64,000 nucleotides of DNA, from positions 23 to 64,022 of the forward strand of contig JAQVLN010000001.1 in NCBI GenBank assembly GCA_028704155.1. Direction: 5' to 3'. Made by a program: the position numbers and the translations under genes. Numbering within the stretch: position 1 is the first letter of the stretch; every line of letters starts with the position of its first letter. Source of the DNA: Desulfitobacteriaceae bacterium. Lineage in GTDB: Bacteria > Bacillota > Desulfitobacteriia > Desulfitobacteriales > Desulfitobacteriaceae. The notes under the pieces were generated by a model. It saw only the letters and a program-made list of their open reading frames with translations, was not told the origin of the DNA and made no database searches. Below, piece after piece: positions 24,102 through 36,570 of this stretch.

Positions 24102-24106
24102 TTATC

Positions 24107-24943
24107 TCACTCCGCAAAAACAACCCTGTCCCTTCCGGCTAAATCGGAAAAAACTGTTGTTTTAAATCCCTGATTTTTAAATAGGTCACATACTTCTCGC
24201 CCCTGATCCCAGCCTATCTCCATTAACAGTTTACCATCTGTTTTCAACAAAGGTGGTACCTCCAGTGCTAACCGACGATAGAAGTCTAAACCGTCTTCAC
24301 CACCCCAAAGAGCCAGGCGAGGTTCAAAATAGATCTCCGTTTGACATTCCTTATAACTTCGAGAGGATACATACGGAGGATTGGTAATAATCCAATCCCA
24401 GCACTCCTGACAGGCAGGGATCAGAAAATCACCCTTGCGCCACTCAACTTTAACTCCCAAACGCGAAGCATTAAGAGCTGCAACCTCCAAGGCTTGTATC
24501 GATAAATCGCTTCCAACTACACGAGTCCCAGGCCTGTAATAAGCTACAGAAATCGCCAGAGCACCACTTCCGGTACACAAGTCCAAAACCTTAGGATTGA
24601 AATTTCCCTCACCAGTATCAAGTAAATCCAGCAATTTTTCAACCAGGATCTCACTATCGGCACGCGGGATTAATACTCGCTGATCCACATAAAATTCCAA
24701 CCCCATAAATTCCTGGCGCTGCAGGATGTATTGCAGAGGCTCCCGCTGCTCTCTTCGGGCAATCTTCTTTTCGTAGTCCTTGATTTCAGGTTCTGCCAAA
24801 ATTCGTTCAAAATCCAAATATAGCTCTGCCCGGCCCAGGTTTAATACTGCCGCCAAAAGTAGATCAGCCTCATAACGGGAATTTTCAACACCGGCTGACT
24901 CCAATAAAACGGTTCCCCAAGAAATCAATTCCCGTACTTTCAT
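24107..24943 (-). CDS. prmC: release-factor glutamine N5-methyltransferase
   Basis: 278 aa; SAM motif LDLCTGSGA and catalytic NPPY (ITNPPYV). The start overlaps the prfA stop (ATGA). Confidence 0.92.
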   Translation of the reverse strand: MKVRELISWGTVLLESAGVENSRYEADLLLAAVLNLGRAELYLDFERILAEPEIKDYEKKIARREQREPLQYILQRQEFMGLEFYVDQRVLIPRADSEILVEKLLDLLDTGEGNFNPKVLDLCTGSGALAISVAYYRPGTRVVGSDLSIQALEVAALNASRLGVKVEWRKGDFLIPACQECWDWIITNPPYVSSRSYKECQTEIYFEPRLALWGGEDGLDFYRRLALEVPPLLKTDGKLLMEIGWDQGREVCDLFKNQGFKTTVFSDLAGRDRVVFAE

Positions 24944-26019
24944 TTAACCTCGGCCTTTAGACGTTCAGCTTGATTATACACAATCAGGGCCTCAATAATT
25001 TCTGTCAGATCACCCATAAGGATTGTCTCCAGGCGATGCAGGGTTAAACCTATGCGATGATCTGTTATACGACCCTGTGGATAGTTATATGTCCGGATCC
25101 TCTCACTTCTGTCTCCTGTCCCAACCTGGTTTTTTCGTTCGGAAGCCTGTTCGCCGGTCTTCTCATCCTGCAATTTCTCCAATAACCGGGCCCGCAGGAC
25201 ACGCATGGCCTTATCCTTATTTTTAAGCTGTGATTTCTCATCCTGACAGGAAACAACCAATCCTGTCGGTATATGGGTGATACGCACCGCTGACTGAGTA
25301 GTATTAACAGACTGTCCCCCCGGTCCGCTGGAACAAAAAATATCAATTCGTAAATCATTGGGATTAATTTCAACATCTACTTCTTCTGCTTCAGGCAAGA
25401 CCGCTACCGTTGCTGTAGATGTATGAATTCGTCCGCCGGATTCAGTAGTGGGAATTCGCTGAACACGGTGAACACCACTTTCAAACTTGAGTTTACTATA
25501 AGCCCCGTTACCATTTACAAGAAATATAATTTCCTTAAATCCGCCGATATCTGTATAGCTGGCACTAAGCAGTTCAGTCTTCCAACCCTGTTGTTCGGAA
25601 TAACGGCAATACATTTTATATAATACACTGGCAAATAAAGCCGCCTCTTCACCACCGGCCCCAGCCCGGATCTCCATGATAACATTTTTATCATCATTGG
25701 GATCCTGGGGCAATAAAAGGATTCTTATCAATTGCTCAAATTCGCTGCTCCGTTTAACTAAGTCCTCTCTCTCCGTTTCAGCCATTTCCCGAAATTCAGG
25801 TTCGAGGTTTTCTTTCAAAAGGCTTTCTATTTCTTCAAGTTGCCGAAGTACCTCCTTGTATTCCCTGTAATTTTCTACAATCTCCGTCAAGGACGCCTGA
25901 GCTTTGGCATATTTTTGCCACTCATTTTGATTGGCGATTATTTCAGGGTCACTTAAAAGTCCGCTCAGTTCATCGTATCTTCCTTCGATTTCCTTCAATT
26001 TGTCTAACATTTCCGACAC
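24940..26019 (-). CDS. prfA: peptide chain release factor 1
   Basis: 359 aa; GGQ motif ([12 protein letters not shown]) and an RF1-type PxT region ([14 protein letters not shown]). The frame is continuous, with no frameshift. Confidence 0.96.
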   Translation of the reverse strand: MSEMLDKLKEIEGRYDELSGLLSDPEIIANQNEWQKYAKAQASLTEIVENYREYKEVLRQLEEIESLLKENLEPEFREMAETEREDLVKRSSEFEQLIRILLLPQDPNDDKNVIMEIRAGAGGEEAALFASVLYKMYCRYSEQQGWKTELLSASYTDIGGFKEIIFLVNGNGAYSKLKFESGVHRVQRIPTTESGGRIHTSTATVAVLPEAEEVDVEINPNDLRIDIFCSSGPGGQSVNTTQSAVRITHIPTGLVVSCQDEKSQLKNKDKAMRVLRARLLEKLQDEKTGEQASERKNQVGTGDRSERIRTYNYPQGRITDHRIGLTLHRLETILMGDLTEIIEALIVYNQAERLKAEVK

Positions 26020-26029
26020 CTCATATATT

Positions 26030-26911
26030 TTAAGACAATTCTTGTCCAGACTCTAAAACCCCGCCTAAAGCGGCCAGGGCCACTTCAATTTGATCCTCAT
26101 CGGGCTCACGGGTTGTTAGTCTCTGTAAAACCAAACCGGGGACTATAAGCCAGTTAAGCCAGGGAGAATCTAAATGACGTGAACTAAACTTCAATAGTTC
26201 ATAAGCTACACCTGCCACAACCGGCATCAATAAAATACGCGATACAATCCTCCACCAGAGGGGATGCAATTCTAAAAAAGCAAAGATAAAAATACTAACT
26301 ATAACAACCAGCAATAAAAAACTGGTTCCACAGCGAGGATGCAGTGTTGTAAATTTCCCGGAATTCTCCACAGTCAGAGCTTGCCCAGACTCGTAGTTAT
26401 AAATAACCTTGTGCTCAGCCCCATGATATTGAAAAACCCTCTGAATATCCTTGAGACGCGAAATTAACACAACATAGAGCAAGAAAACTACTAAACGAAT
26501 GCCACCTTCCAAAACGTTTTGCCAAAATACCCCTTGTATTTTGCCTTGCAATAAATGCGCCATCCCGGTAGGCAATGCCACAAAAAGTACCAGACCAAGT
26601 CCCAAAGCAAATACGACGGTCAGTAATATTTCACCAAATCCCAGTTCTTCATCTTCTTCGCCGCCGATGGCCTTGTTAGCCGAAAAAGTCAAAGCCCTGA
26701 CTCCTACGACCAAGGAATCGATCAAAGCCACGAATCCACGTATAACAGGTAATTTTTTTAACCATGGTTGAGCAGCCCAGGAAGCAATAACCTGACGTGT
26801 AACCTCAATCTCTCCATTTGGTAAACGTACTGCAATAGCATACTCACGGGGGCCCCTCATCATAACTCCTTCAATGACTGCCTGCCCCCCATATTGTACA
26901 GGCTTATTCAT
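26030..26911 (-). CDS. DUF1385 (YqhQ-like) membrane protein
   Basis: 293 aa; [14 protein letters not shown]...YHGAEHKVI... is characteristic of DUF1385. Confidence 0.75.
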   Translation of the reverse strand: MNKPVQYGGQAVIEGVMMRGPREYAIAVRLPNGEIEVTRQVIASWAAQPWLKKLPVIRGFVALIDSLVVGVRALTFSANKAIGGEEDEELGFGEILLTVVFALGLGLVLFVALPTGMAHLLQGKIQGVFWQNVLEGGIRLVVFLLYVVLISRLKDIQRVFQYHGAEHKVIYNYESGQALTVENSGKFTTLHPRCGTSFLLLVVIVSIFIFAFLELHPLWWRIVSRILLMPVVAGVAYELLKFSSRHLDSPWLNWLIVPGLVLQRLTTREPDEDQIEVALAALGGVLESGQELS

Positions 26912-26965
26912 ACTGCACCAGCTTTCCCCTTTTTGAACACATTTAACTTCATCATTATTTTACGT

Positions 26966-26993
26966 AAAAAGCAGAGCGAGCGCTCTGCTTTTT
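26966..26993 (-). terminator. terminator downstream of rpmE
   Basis: Perfect 12-bp stem AAAAAGCAGAGC/GCTCTGCTTTTT with a 4-nt loop, about 30 nt after the rpmE stop. It looks bidirectional. Confidence 0.75.
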
Positions 26994-27021
26994 ACTCGGC
27001 AATGACTTACTGCCATTGTTA

Positions 27022-27219
27022 TTACATCCCGTATTTCTTTTTAAAGCGATCAACTCGTCCACCGGAGTCAACAAAACGTTGAATACCTGTATAGAAGGGA
27101 TGACATTTTGAACAAATTTCCACTTTAATATTCTTCCTCGTACTTGCTGTATTGATTACCTCACCGCAAGAACAAGTAATGGTGGTTTGCTCGTATTTAG
27201 GATGAATTTTTTCTTTCAC
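27022..27219 (-). CDS. rpmE: 50S ribosomal protein L31 (zinc-binding type A)
   Basis: (V)KEKIHPKY...CSCG...[13 protein letters not shown] start at 27219 preceded by GAAGGTGA; the track ORF is 16 codons longer. Confidence 0.9.
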   Translation of the reverse strand: MKEKIHPKYEQTTITCSCGEVINTASTRKNIKVEICSKCHPFYTGIQRFVDSGGRVDRFKKKYGM

Positions 27220-27332
27220 GTAGTCACCTTCTTTCCCACGGGGGCGATCATAAGTCAGATAAACCAACTAATACTTCATTAACCTTAGATTCAGTTAACT
27301 TTATGTATTTTAGCATAAGAAATAGTTAAAGG

Positions 27333-28316
27333 TCAAGAGCACGCTCCTCTAATCATATTTTTTGGTTTCTTGGCAAAACAATGCCTGGCTTCAATGAAAC
27401 GTACCGTGCCGGTTTTCCCCCGCATTACAATTGTGTGCGTAATTGCTCCTTGAGGCGTAAAATTTACACCCCGCAAAAGATGTCCCTCAGTGATTCCTGT
27501 AGCAACAAAAAAAACATCATCATTGCTAACCAAATCATCTAAAGTTAATAATTTATTTATATCCTCAATACCCAAAGCTCTAGCCCTGGCAATATCATTA
27601 TCATCTTCCGGCCAAAGTCTTCCTTGCATTTCCCCGCCAGCAGTACGCAAAGCTGCTGCTGCCAGTACCCCTTCGGGAGCACCGCCAACTCCCAGCATCA
27701 TATCAATACCTGTTCCTTCAAAAGCACAAGCCACAGCCGGAGAAACATCACCATCTGAAATCAAATGAATCCGGGCACCACAGTCCCTTACTTCCTGAAT
27801 AATTTTCTGATGGCGCGGACGATCCAGGATTACTACCGCCAGATCATTTATCCCTTTATTAAGCGCATCGGCCACATTGGTTAAATTCTCCCGTATCGGC
27901 GCATCCAGATGTATACGTCCGACAGCTGCAGGACCTACCGCAATCTTGTCCATATACATATCGGGAGCATGTAAAAGAATACCCTTCTTGGCAATAGCCA
28001 AGACTGCAATAGCCCCGTTAAGTCCCTTTGCAACAAGATTTGTTCCCTCCAAAGGATCCACAGCAATATCCAATTCAGGCATCTCGCCTGTTCCCAAACG
28101 CTCACCAATATATAACATGGGAGCTTCATCCATTTCTCCTTCACCTATAACCACAGTACCGCTCATATGTAATGTATCAAAAACAGCTCGCATAGCTTCA
28201 ACCGCTGCATCATCGGCTGCAATTTTATCTCCGCGGCCTATCCAGCGCGCTGCTGCTAGCGCCGCCGCTTCAGTCACCCTGCCAAATTCCATAGTTAATA
28301 TTCTTTGCATATCCAA
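27333..28316 (-). CDS. glpX: class II fructose-1,6-bisphosphatase
   Basis: 327 aa; [25 protein letters not shown]...IGEGE.DEAPML.IGE..G...DIAVDP.EGT is the GlpX pattern. Confidence 0.93.
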   Translation of the reverse strand: MDMQRILTMEFGRVTEAAALAAARWIGRGDKIAADDAAVEAMRAVFDTLHMSGTVVIGEGEMDEAPMLYIGERLGTGEMPELDIAVDPLEGTNLVAKGLNGAIAVLAIAKKGILLHAPDMYMDKIAVGPAAVGRIHLDAPIRENLTNVADALNKGINDLAVVILDRPRHQKIIQEVRDCGARIHLISDGDVSPAVACAFEGTGIDMMLGVGGAPEGVLAAAALRTAGGEMQGRLWPEDDNDIARARALGIEDINKLLTLDDLVSNDDVFFVATGITEGHLLRGVNFTPQGAITHTIVMRGKTGTVRFIEARHCFAKKPKNMIRGACS

Positions 28317-28479
28317 ACCCTCCTAAATTTAAATATAAACTTGGGCATAATCAAGGTCTTTTTTGTCCTCAGATAAATATACTAGTTTTCAAGCTTAATT
28401 ATGCCTCATATTTAAACCCCTTAAGGGTATTGTGACATACTTTTTAAAGGCTTTCAAGTCCAAATTATAGTCAAAGGCC

Positions 28480-28517
28480 AAAAAAGCACTTGCCTGCCGT
28501 AACCGACAGGCAAGTGC
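28480..28517 (-). terminator. terminator downstream of the transaldolase gene
   Basis: Stem GCACTTGCCTG/CAGGCAAGTGC (11 bp) followed on the minus strand by UUUUUUGG. Confidence 0.75.
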
Positions 28518-28532
28518 CTTAAGCTAAAAAAT

Positions 28533-29171
28533 CTATAGTTTTTTCCAATCAGCCAGAAACTTTTCTATTCCGATATCTGTTAACGGATGTTTAAATAGTT
28601 GTTCCAAAACTTTAAACGGTACCGTTGCACAATCCGCCCCAATCCTGGCCGCTTCTGTTACATGAACAGGATTACGGATACTTGCGGCAATCACCTTTGT
28701 ATCGAGATCATGAACAGTAAAGATATCCAGAATATCTTCAAGCAATTTTAATCCATTCTCCCCAATATCATCAAGCCGGCCCAAAAAAGGACTGACATAA
28801 GTTGCGCCGGCCCTGGCTGCCAGTAAAGCCTGAACAGCACTGAATACCAGTGTTACGTTAGTCTTAATTCCTTCAGAGGCTAAAGACTTGACTGCTGCCA
28901 AGCCTTCCTGGGTCATCGGAATCTTGACAACTACGTTGGGATGAATTCCGGCTAAAACCCGGGCTTCAGTCAACATGTCCTCTTTATCCAAGGCGATTAC
29001 TTCCGCACTAATAGGACCGTCAACTATTCCTGTAACCTCTCGCAAAAGGGCATGAAAATCTTTACCTTCCTTAGCAACTAGACTGGGATTCGTTGTTACC
29101 CCGGAAATAACCCCCATATCCCAAGCCTTGGCAATTTCTTCTAAATTAGCTGTGTCCAAAAAAAACTGCAT
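28533..29171 (-). CDS. tal: transaldolase / fructose-6-phosphate aldolase (short TalC/Fsa subfamily)
   Basis: 212 aa; [12 protein letters not shown]......[11 protein letters not shown]; Schiff-base lysine context VVKIP.T.EGL.A. Confidence 0.9.
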   Translation of the reverse strand: MQFFLDTANLEEIAKAWDMGVISGVTTNPSLVAKEGKDFHALLREVTGIVDGPISAEVIALDKEDMLTEARVLAGIHPNVVVKIPMTQEGLAAVKSLASEGIKTNVTLVFSAVQALLAARAGATYVSPFLGRLDDIGENGLKLLEDILDIFTVHDLDTKVIAASIRNPVHVTEAARIGADCATVPFKVLEQLFKHPLTDIGIEKFLADWKKL

Positions 29172-29198
29172 TCCTTAAACACTCCCGTTCATTTCCCG

Positions 29199-29870
29199 CT
29201 ATTCTTCTTTATTGATCATTGCTAATTGCTGTCTGCATATATGATTAACCAACCAGGTATTATTCTCTTCCAAATACAGAGAACTCATACTTTCAACCTG
29301 CCAGATTTTTTCCAGGTTATCTGCATAAATTACTCCCAAAGCTTCGCATAATTCGCAATACAGTTCAATCCTGTCCGGCAATAATTCAAAGGCCAGCTGC
29401 CGATTTCCGCATTTACAACCCAACTTATCTTCTTTGGCAAGGTAACGAAGATGATCAAGTAATCTAAGCATTGCCTCGGGATTCTCAAATTCTTCTTCAT
29501 AACCCAACTCATCCGCCAATTCACCAATGGATTTTTCCCGTTCCTGACAAGCTTGGACGACCTTTTGTTTCGGACCTACAAATCCCGCAATTGCCTTGAC
29601 CTCAGGACAAATCAAAGGCAAAGCTTCTTTCCCCCATATTGCCCGACGACTCAAGCATATATGATGCGTCTCCCCACAGAAAGTACATTGGTAAAACAAA
29701 CTAAACTGCCGACGTTTATGGTTGGACACCTTTAATAAAGGTGTTGAACAGTGGCATGCAAAACTTTCATGTCCCGGCTTTGAAAACGCAAAAAGGGAAA
29801 GAGCCTGAAATTCCATCTCCCCACAATTTGGGCACTGAGTTGCAACAGTCGCTATCGTAGCCAGAATCAT
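29199..29870 (-). CDS. hypothetical Cys-rich (multi zinc-ribbon-like) protein
   Basis: 223 aa from the ATG at 29870 (GAGG 7 nt upstream). It has three CxxC/CxC-containing modules and no family I can name. Confidence 0.6.
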   Translation of the reverse strand: MILATIATVATQCPNCGEMEFQALSLFAFSKPGHESFACHCSTPLLKVSNHKRRQFSLFYQCTFCGETHHICLSRRAIWGKEALPLICPEVKAIAGFVGPKQKVVQACQEREKSIGELADELGYEEEFENPEAMLRLLDHLRYLAKEDKLGCKCGNRQLAFELLPDRIELYCELCEALGVIYADNLEKIWQVESMSSLYLEENNTWLVNHICRQQLAMINKEE

Positions 29871-30001
29871 GATACCACCTCTTTTCTCATCCATATACTT
29901 CGGCAAATATTAAGATTTTCCTGCCTCAAAATTCGGCAACAACAGTTCTTTCGTAACATAATTAATAGGTTTATTCACCAAATGTAAGCCTGATTACCTG
30001 A

Positions 30002-30385
30002 TTATTCGGTATCCTGGCAGTTATTCCCGCCACTGAATAATTCTTCAACTTTTTCTCGCAGCTCAAAAAGATCAAAAGGTTTACTCAAATAATGAAAGAC
30101 ATTTAACTCTTTGGTCTGTACCATATTCTGCGAATCACCATAGGCAGTCATCATAATAACATTGATATTCTTATCTGTAGTTCTGATTTTACGCAAAGTA
30201 TCAATTCCATTCATTCCCGGCATTTTGATATCCATTAATATTAAATCAGGCTTAAACCTCTGTAAAATTTGAAGTGCATCTATCCCGTCAACTGCCATTT
30301 CGACAGTGTGTTGATCCTCTTTAAACGTCTCAAACAGCAGACGCCTGACTCCGAGTTGATCATCTACAATAAGAATGTTAGCCAC
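30002..30385 (-). CDS. spo0F: single-domain response regulator, Spo0F-like phosphotransferase
   Basis: 127 aa, receiver domain only: DD (IVDDQ), D in LILMDIKMPGMNG, T in MMTAYG, K in SKPF. Alignable along its length with B. subtilis Spo0F (from memory) and sits in the same pyrG-proximal neighbourhood. Confidence 0.7.
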   Translation of the reverse strand: MANILIVDDQLGVRRLLFETFKEDQHTVEMAVDGIDALQILQRFKPDLILMDIKMPGMNGIDTLRKIRTTDKNINVIMMTAYGDSQNMVQTKELNVFHYLSKPFDLFELREKVEELFSGGNNCQDTE

Positions 30386-30468
30386 AAATTTCAGCCTCCC
30401 ACCAAGATTACAGTTAATAGCAACTTTCTGTATTCCGCACTTAAAATCCTGCCTGATTATAAATTTAA

Positions 30469-32172
<1,704 letters not shown>

Positions 32173-32231
32173 TTATTACTCTAACAGAAATTATAACAAA
32201 TCTAAACGATATTTTCTTTGTTTGCTAACAT

Positions 32232-32262
32232 AAAAAAGCTAGTCCGTAAACCGCACCAGCTT
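32232..32262 (-). terminator. candidate terminator downstream of argS
   Basis: Minus-strand RNA AAGCUGGUGCGGUUUACGGACUAGCUUUUUU forms an imperfect stem (with one G-U pair) plus a U6 run. Confidence 0.4.
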
Positions 32263-32314
32263 AATTTTCCACAACAAAATTTAGAATTTCTAAAGCATTG
32301 CCCAACTTTTAACT

Positions 32315-34003
32315 TTACATTCTTTCCGGCGCCGACACTCCTAATATTCTCAATACATTGACTAAGACCTGTTTTATTGCCAGCACTAAAGCAATACGGG
32401 CCCGTCTTAAATTATCATCATCAACCAAAACCCTTTGAGAATTGTAAAAAGTATGAAAAAGACCTGCTAAATCCAAAACATACCTTGCCAGTCGGTGTGG
32501 CTCCATCAAACGGGCTGCAAGATAAACTTCCCCGGGAAGGTCAGCCAATTTCTTTAATAAACACCGTTCCTCAGGACTATTTAATAGAAGCTTAAAGATT
32601 TCGTCAGACGATACCGGTAATATATCAGCTCCTGACTCCTGTACTTGTCGTAAAATACTGCATAACCGGGCATGAGCATACTGGACGTAATAGACAGGAT
32701 TATCTGCCGATTGTGATTTTGCCAAATCAAGATCAAATTCAACTGTTGAATCCGGATCACGCATCAGAAAGAAAAAGCGTGCCGCATCTTTACCGACTTC
32801 ATCCATTAATTCTCGTAATGTTACGTAATGTCCGGATCTTTTGGACATACGAATAAGCTCACCGTTTTGGATTAAGCGCACTAATTGCATAAGAATAATC
32901 TGCAGTGAATCAGGATTATACCCTAAAGCCTGCATAGCACCCTTCATTCTGGCAACATGACCATGGTGATCTGCTCCCCAAATATTGATTACCCTGACAA
33001 AACCACGCTGAAATTTATTGCGGTGATAAGCAATATCTACTGAGAAATAAGTAGGGGTACCATTACTGCGTACAACTACCTCATCCTTTTCATCTCCAAA
33101 AAGAGCAGACTTAAACCACATCGCTCCTTCTTTCTCATATAAATAACCTAATTTCTCTAAATCCTCCATAGTTGATCGGACAATACCTGAATCATGCAAT
33201 GTCTGTTCACTGAACCAGTTATCATATTCAACCCCAAAATCCTTTAAAGTTTCGCGAATATGGCCCATCTTTTCTTCCAAAGCATATCTAGTCAGAAATT
33301 CCCGCCTCAGGACCGGATCTACTGAAAGATATTTATCACCAACCTTTAATATCAGGTCTTTAACTGTTTGAATCAAATCCTCTCCATGATACCCTTCTTC
33401 GGGAAAAGGAACATCCTGGCCCGATTGCTGCAGATAGCGGGCCTCAAGTGATAAAGCAAAGTTTTCGATTTGGTTGCCGGCATCATTAATATAGAACTCC
33501 CTGCTGACCTCATAGCCAGCCATAGCCAACAGAGAAGCAAGGCTATCCCCCAATGCAGCTCCGCGGGCGTTTCCCATGTGTAACAGGCCCGTTGGGTTTG
33601 CACTGACAAATTCAACCTGAACCTTTTGTCCTGCTCCCAAATTGACCTGACCATATTTTTCACCCTGAGAAAGAACTTCGGGAATGACTTCCGCTAACCA
33701 ATCTGGATCCAAGTAAAAATTAATAAATCCGGGCCCGGCAAGTTCGCTTCTCTCAATCCATGTCCCGGTTGTATCCAAATTTCTAATTAACACAAGTGCA
33801 ATATCCCGGGGTAAACGCCTCGCCTGTTTTGTCAAAACCATCGCCAGATTAGTAGCCAGGTCTCCATGCTGTTTTTCCCTGGGTTCTTCCAAAACGTATT
33901 CCGGCAAACTCTCATAATTTAATTCTCCATTAGCTTTGGCAGTCTCTGCAGCCGCTGCTATGGCTTGAAAAATCTGTTCTTTCAAGATCTCATAAACACT
34001 CAT
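32315..34003 (-). CDS. argS: arginine--tRNA ligase
   Basis: 562 aa; class I HIGH-type SANPTGLLHMGNARG, MSKRSG (KMSKS-like), C-terminal anticodon-binding domain. Confidence 0.96.
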   Translation of the reverse strand: MSVYEILKEQIFQAIAAAAETAKANGELNYESLPEYVLEEPREKQHGDLATNLAMVLTKQARRLPRDIALVLIRNLDTTGTWIERSELAGPGFINFYLDPDWLAEVIPEVLSQGEKYGQVNLGAGQKVQVEFVSANPTGLLHMGNARGAALGDSLASLLAMAGYEVSREFYINDAGNQIENFALSLEARYLQQSGQDVPFPEEGYHGEDLIQTVKDLILKVGDKYLSVDPVLRREFLTRYALEEKMGHIRETLKDFGVEYDNWFSEQTLHDSGIVRSTMEDLEKLGYLYEKEGAMWFKSALFGDEKDEVVVRSNGTPTYFSVDIAYHRNKFQRGFVRVINIWGADHHGHVARMKGAMQALGYNPDSLQIILMQLVRLIQNGELIRMSKRSGHYVTLRELMDEVGKDAARFFFLMRDPDSTVEFDLDLAKSQSADNPVYYVQYAHARLCSILRQVQESGADILPVSSDEIFKLLLNSPEERCLLKKLADLPGEVYLAARLMEPHRLARYVLDLAGLFHTFYNSQRVLVDDDNLRRARIALVLAIKQVLVNVLRILGVSAPERM

Positions 34004-34300
34004 TAAAGAGGCTCCTCCTTTATGGTTATCACCAGAAAATTATGACTTACAAATATATCATCGACGAAAAGATCATATTTTAGACTAATACGTCCTCCTT
34101 ACACTGTCAAGTTACTTTCCACTTCTTCTGTCGAAACACTCAGAAACAATTCTCCAAAAGGAGTAATCCAGGTGCTGTAAAATAAACTTCCTGATCGGAA
34201 CTCTTAATTATTTCAATGTCACTTTTTAAGATCAGTTAATATCTATGCTAATTCTTTGTTACTTTCTAAAATTCCTTTAAATAAGTTGTTTTTCCTTAAA

Positions 34301-34336
34301 AATAACTGACGGAAAAAGTATTTCCCGTCAGTTATT
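34301..34336 (-). terminator. terminator downstream of ypeB
   Basis: 12-bp stem AATAACTGACGG/CCGTCAGTTATT starting 5 nt after the stop codon, followed by a T-rich tract on the minus strand. Confidence 0.7.
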
Positions 34337-34341
34337 TCTTT

Positions 34342-35745
34342 TTACTCTATATATTCACCTCGAGGAGTTTGAATAACACGCAAAATTTGTTCTTCAACAC
34401 CATTTGTACAATTCAAGTAAACAAGATAATCTTCACCTTGGTAATGACCTCGAAACTCATAACACAAGACTTCCTGATTGCCTTCTTTACTAATAATTGC
34501 CTTGCGGCTTTCCGCTATTTTGAAATCTGAACGCAATTTACTTGCCGCTTGTTTTAAGGACAGAATCTCTTTCGGTAAATTTCGCTCATGGTGAAAGGCA
34601 TAATAAGCCGAGGCATCAAAGCCGATAAGTTCTCCGTTATCCATAGCAGCCATGAACCGGACTTTATCAGGATAACACCTGACCCCATCTTTTTCACTGA
34701 CTGCCTCCAACTGTAAATAGGGACCGAAATCTTCGGTTGAAGTTAGCTCAAGCTGCCAGCCTAAGGATTTTAAAGTAGCCATCACCTTTTCCCTGGCATT
34801 ATCGACACTCAACAACCTGCTTTCCGGGGTGCGTTGATCACGATATGAACTCACTACTCCCCCCCGTCGGGTAACCTCTAACAAAACATTACCGCTTCTC
34901 CAAAGATATCCGCCCAGCAGTCCGGAGGTTTCACTGGCTAATTCCGGTGCCCTATTGGGGAAGCCTACTTTGGACAAAAAATCCTTGGCAACAGTAAGAG
35001 CCTGCTCGCGGCTTATCTCACCTCGGGATAACCCCAAAGGTTCGGGTACTTCACGGGTAGAGAATTCACCGGTATAAGAAAAAGGAGGAAGTTTCTGCAA
35101 ACTGGCATTTAACTGTTCCAGCCCCCCGCTAACCGAACTTGGCAGACTTTCCTGCCCTTCCGCGGCTGCCTCTGCCAACTGCGAACGGCCAAGATTAAAA
35201 CGTTCTCTGAATCCTTTTGTCTTTCCTGTCCAGGCTAAACCTTCATTATCCACTCGATGTAGAAGTTGCTGGACATTATTATTAACCGACAACAAGTGCT
35301 CATGTATATCATTAAATTGTTTTTCCTCTGCCGGATCTATTACTCCGCCGGAAGCAAGCCGATGAGCAAGGACTTGAGCATAATCAGCTGTTTGGGTCAA
35401 AAACTGTCCCAGGTAATTAAGCCCTGTCTGTTCAGCCGGAAGCTGTGCCAGATCCCTGACCGCATCCTCACAATGACTCCAAGCCTGACCCAAATAAAGG
35501 ATCTTTTGCTTGTTGGAATTGGCTACTGCCTCTTTGGCCATTATTGTTTCCAGCTTTGTTAAATGACCTGCGAGGTTTTGCAGGGAGCGACGATTATGGT
35601 TTTCCGCAACAAGACTTAACTCGGAAGCCTCTCTATTTTTATTATATCCCCAGGCCAGAGAAACCAGTAAGGCTAATAACAATAAACCTATCCAAGCTTT
35701 TTTTGCATTTTGTAGCCCCCTAGCGCGCAAAAATATGGTTTCCAA
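34342..35745 (-). CDS. ypeB: germination protein YpeB (SleB partner, PepSY domains)
   Basis: 467 aa; N-terminal TM segment and C-terminal PepSY-like repeats. It lies immediately downstream of and overlapping sleB, as in the Bacillus sleB-ypeB operon. Confidence 0.75.
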   Translation of the reverse strand: METIFLRARGLQNAKKAWIGLLLLALLVSLAWGYNKNREASELSLVAENHNRRSLQNLAGHLTKLETIMAKEAVANSNKQKILYLGQAWSHCEDAVRDLAQLPAEQTGLNYLGQFLTQTADYAQVLAHRLASGGVIDPAEEKQFNDIHEHLLSVNNNVQQLLHRVDNEGLAWTGKTKGFRERFNLGRSQLAEAAAEGQESLPSSVSGGLEQLNASLQKLPPFSYTGEFSTREVPEPLGLSRGEISREQALTVAKDFLSKVGFPNRAPELASETSGLLGGYLWRSGNVLLEVTRRGGVVSSYRDQRTPESRLLSVDNAREKVMATLKSLGWQLELTSTEDFGPYLQLEAVSEKDGVRCYPDKVRFMAAMDNGELIGFDASAYYAFHHERNLPKEILSLKQAASKLRSDFKIAESRKAIISKEGNQEVLCYEFRGHYQGEDYLVYLNCTNGVEEQILRVIQTPRGEYIE

Positions 35746-36421
35746 TAGTTATCAATTGTGGTCTTGACCAAATAAACCGATTACTGGTTTTCGCTGGATT
35801 AAAGAAGTAAAGTGCACCGTGAGATGGATCGACACCGCTTATTGCCTCATTAGCAGCTTTTATTGCAGAAGATTGAGGCTGTAAATTAATCTGGCCATCC
35901 GCAACACCAGAAAAGGCCAGTGGCTGATAAATTATTTCAGAGATAGTTTTAGGAAAAGCCGGATCCTTCATCCTGTTAAGTACGACAGCCGCAACGGCCA
36001 CCTGACCCCAATATGGTTCCCCCCTGGCTTCTGCATTAACCAGACGGGCCAAAAGGTTCACATCAATATTCTTTACTCCCAAAGCTTTACCTGAAGCATT
36101 TGTACTTCCAGCAGTTAATCTTTTTAATTCATCAATAGTAAGCTTTCCAGCAACTCCGTCCTCTTTCAGGCCATGTTCTTTTTGAAACAATTTTACTCCC
36201 TTTTGGGTTTTGGGACCAAATATCCCATCGAGAGGACCAACAACATAGCCCAAACTAATTAACCGGCTTTGCATGTCACGAACTTCAGGTCCTCTCGCAC
36301 CCTTGGCTAAAGATCGATCTCCCAGAGCAGCGTAGGTTATCCCGCAAATCACCAGGCTGAGAATCAGGGCTATTGGAAATCCCCAGCTTTTTTGAAGTTT
36401 CATATCTTCCACCTCAGTCAA
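35720..36421 (-). CDS. sleB: spore cortex-lytic enzyme SleB
   Basis: Signal/TM segment, a PG_binding_1 repeat (LGY.VGPLDGIFGPKT..GVK.FQ...GL..DG..G) and a SleB/CwlJ hydrolase domain (LARLVNAEARGEPY.GQVAVAAVVLNR...FP.TI). Confidence 0.88.
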   Translation of the reverse strand: MTEVEDMKLQKSWGFPIALILSLVICGITYAALGDRSLAKGARGPEVRDMQSRLISLGYVVGPLDGIFGPKTQKGVKLFQKEHGLKEDGVAGKLTIDELKRLTAGSTNASGKALGVKNIDVNLLARLVNAEARGEPYWGQVAVAAVVLNRMKDPAFPKTISEIIYQPLAFSGVADGQINLQPQSSAIKAANEAISGVDPSHGALYFFNPAKTSNRFIWSRPQLITIGNHIFAR

Positions 36422-36488
36422 ATTTATTGCGTAGCTAGTTTGCCTGGAATACTGTGTTATTATCCATACTCAATTAATTCAGGACCTA

Positions 36489-36519
36489 AAAATCCTGTAA
36501 TTTAGGATTACAGGATTTT
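36489..36519 (-). terminator. hairpin downstream of the rlmH relic (probable former rlmH terminator)
   Basis: Perfect 13-bp stem AAAATCCTGTAAT/ATTACAGGATTTT with a 5-nt loop. Confidence 0.55.
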
Positions 36520-36570
36520 AATTCTCAGTCAGTTTTTGATTTCAGAATATCAAAATAGGCCTTTTCTTCT

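Noticed and set aside
24940-26019. Programmed +1 frameshift typical of release factor genes
   Set aside because: That feature belongs to prfB (RF2). This gene is prfA (RF1-type PxT region), with one uninterrupted frame. The 103-aa same-strand ORF at 25065-25376 is an out-of-frame artefact.
27877-28326. 149-aa plus-strand ORF (plus similar ORFs at 6707-7186, 6987-7376, 12777-13025 and 20730-21056)
   Set aside because: All are antisense to well-supported core genes (glpX, mbl, atpD, glyA). Their Ala/Ser/Pro-rich translations are characteristic of the reverse frame of coding DNA.
34004-34300. Possible T-box riboswitch in the ~295-nt leader upstream of argS
   Set aside because: Reading the minus-strand leader, I find no AAnnnGGGUGGUACCGCG-like T-box sequence. 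I also see no recognisable Stem I GA/AGAGA motifs or a terminator/antiterminator pair. An Rfam scan would be needed to be sure.
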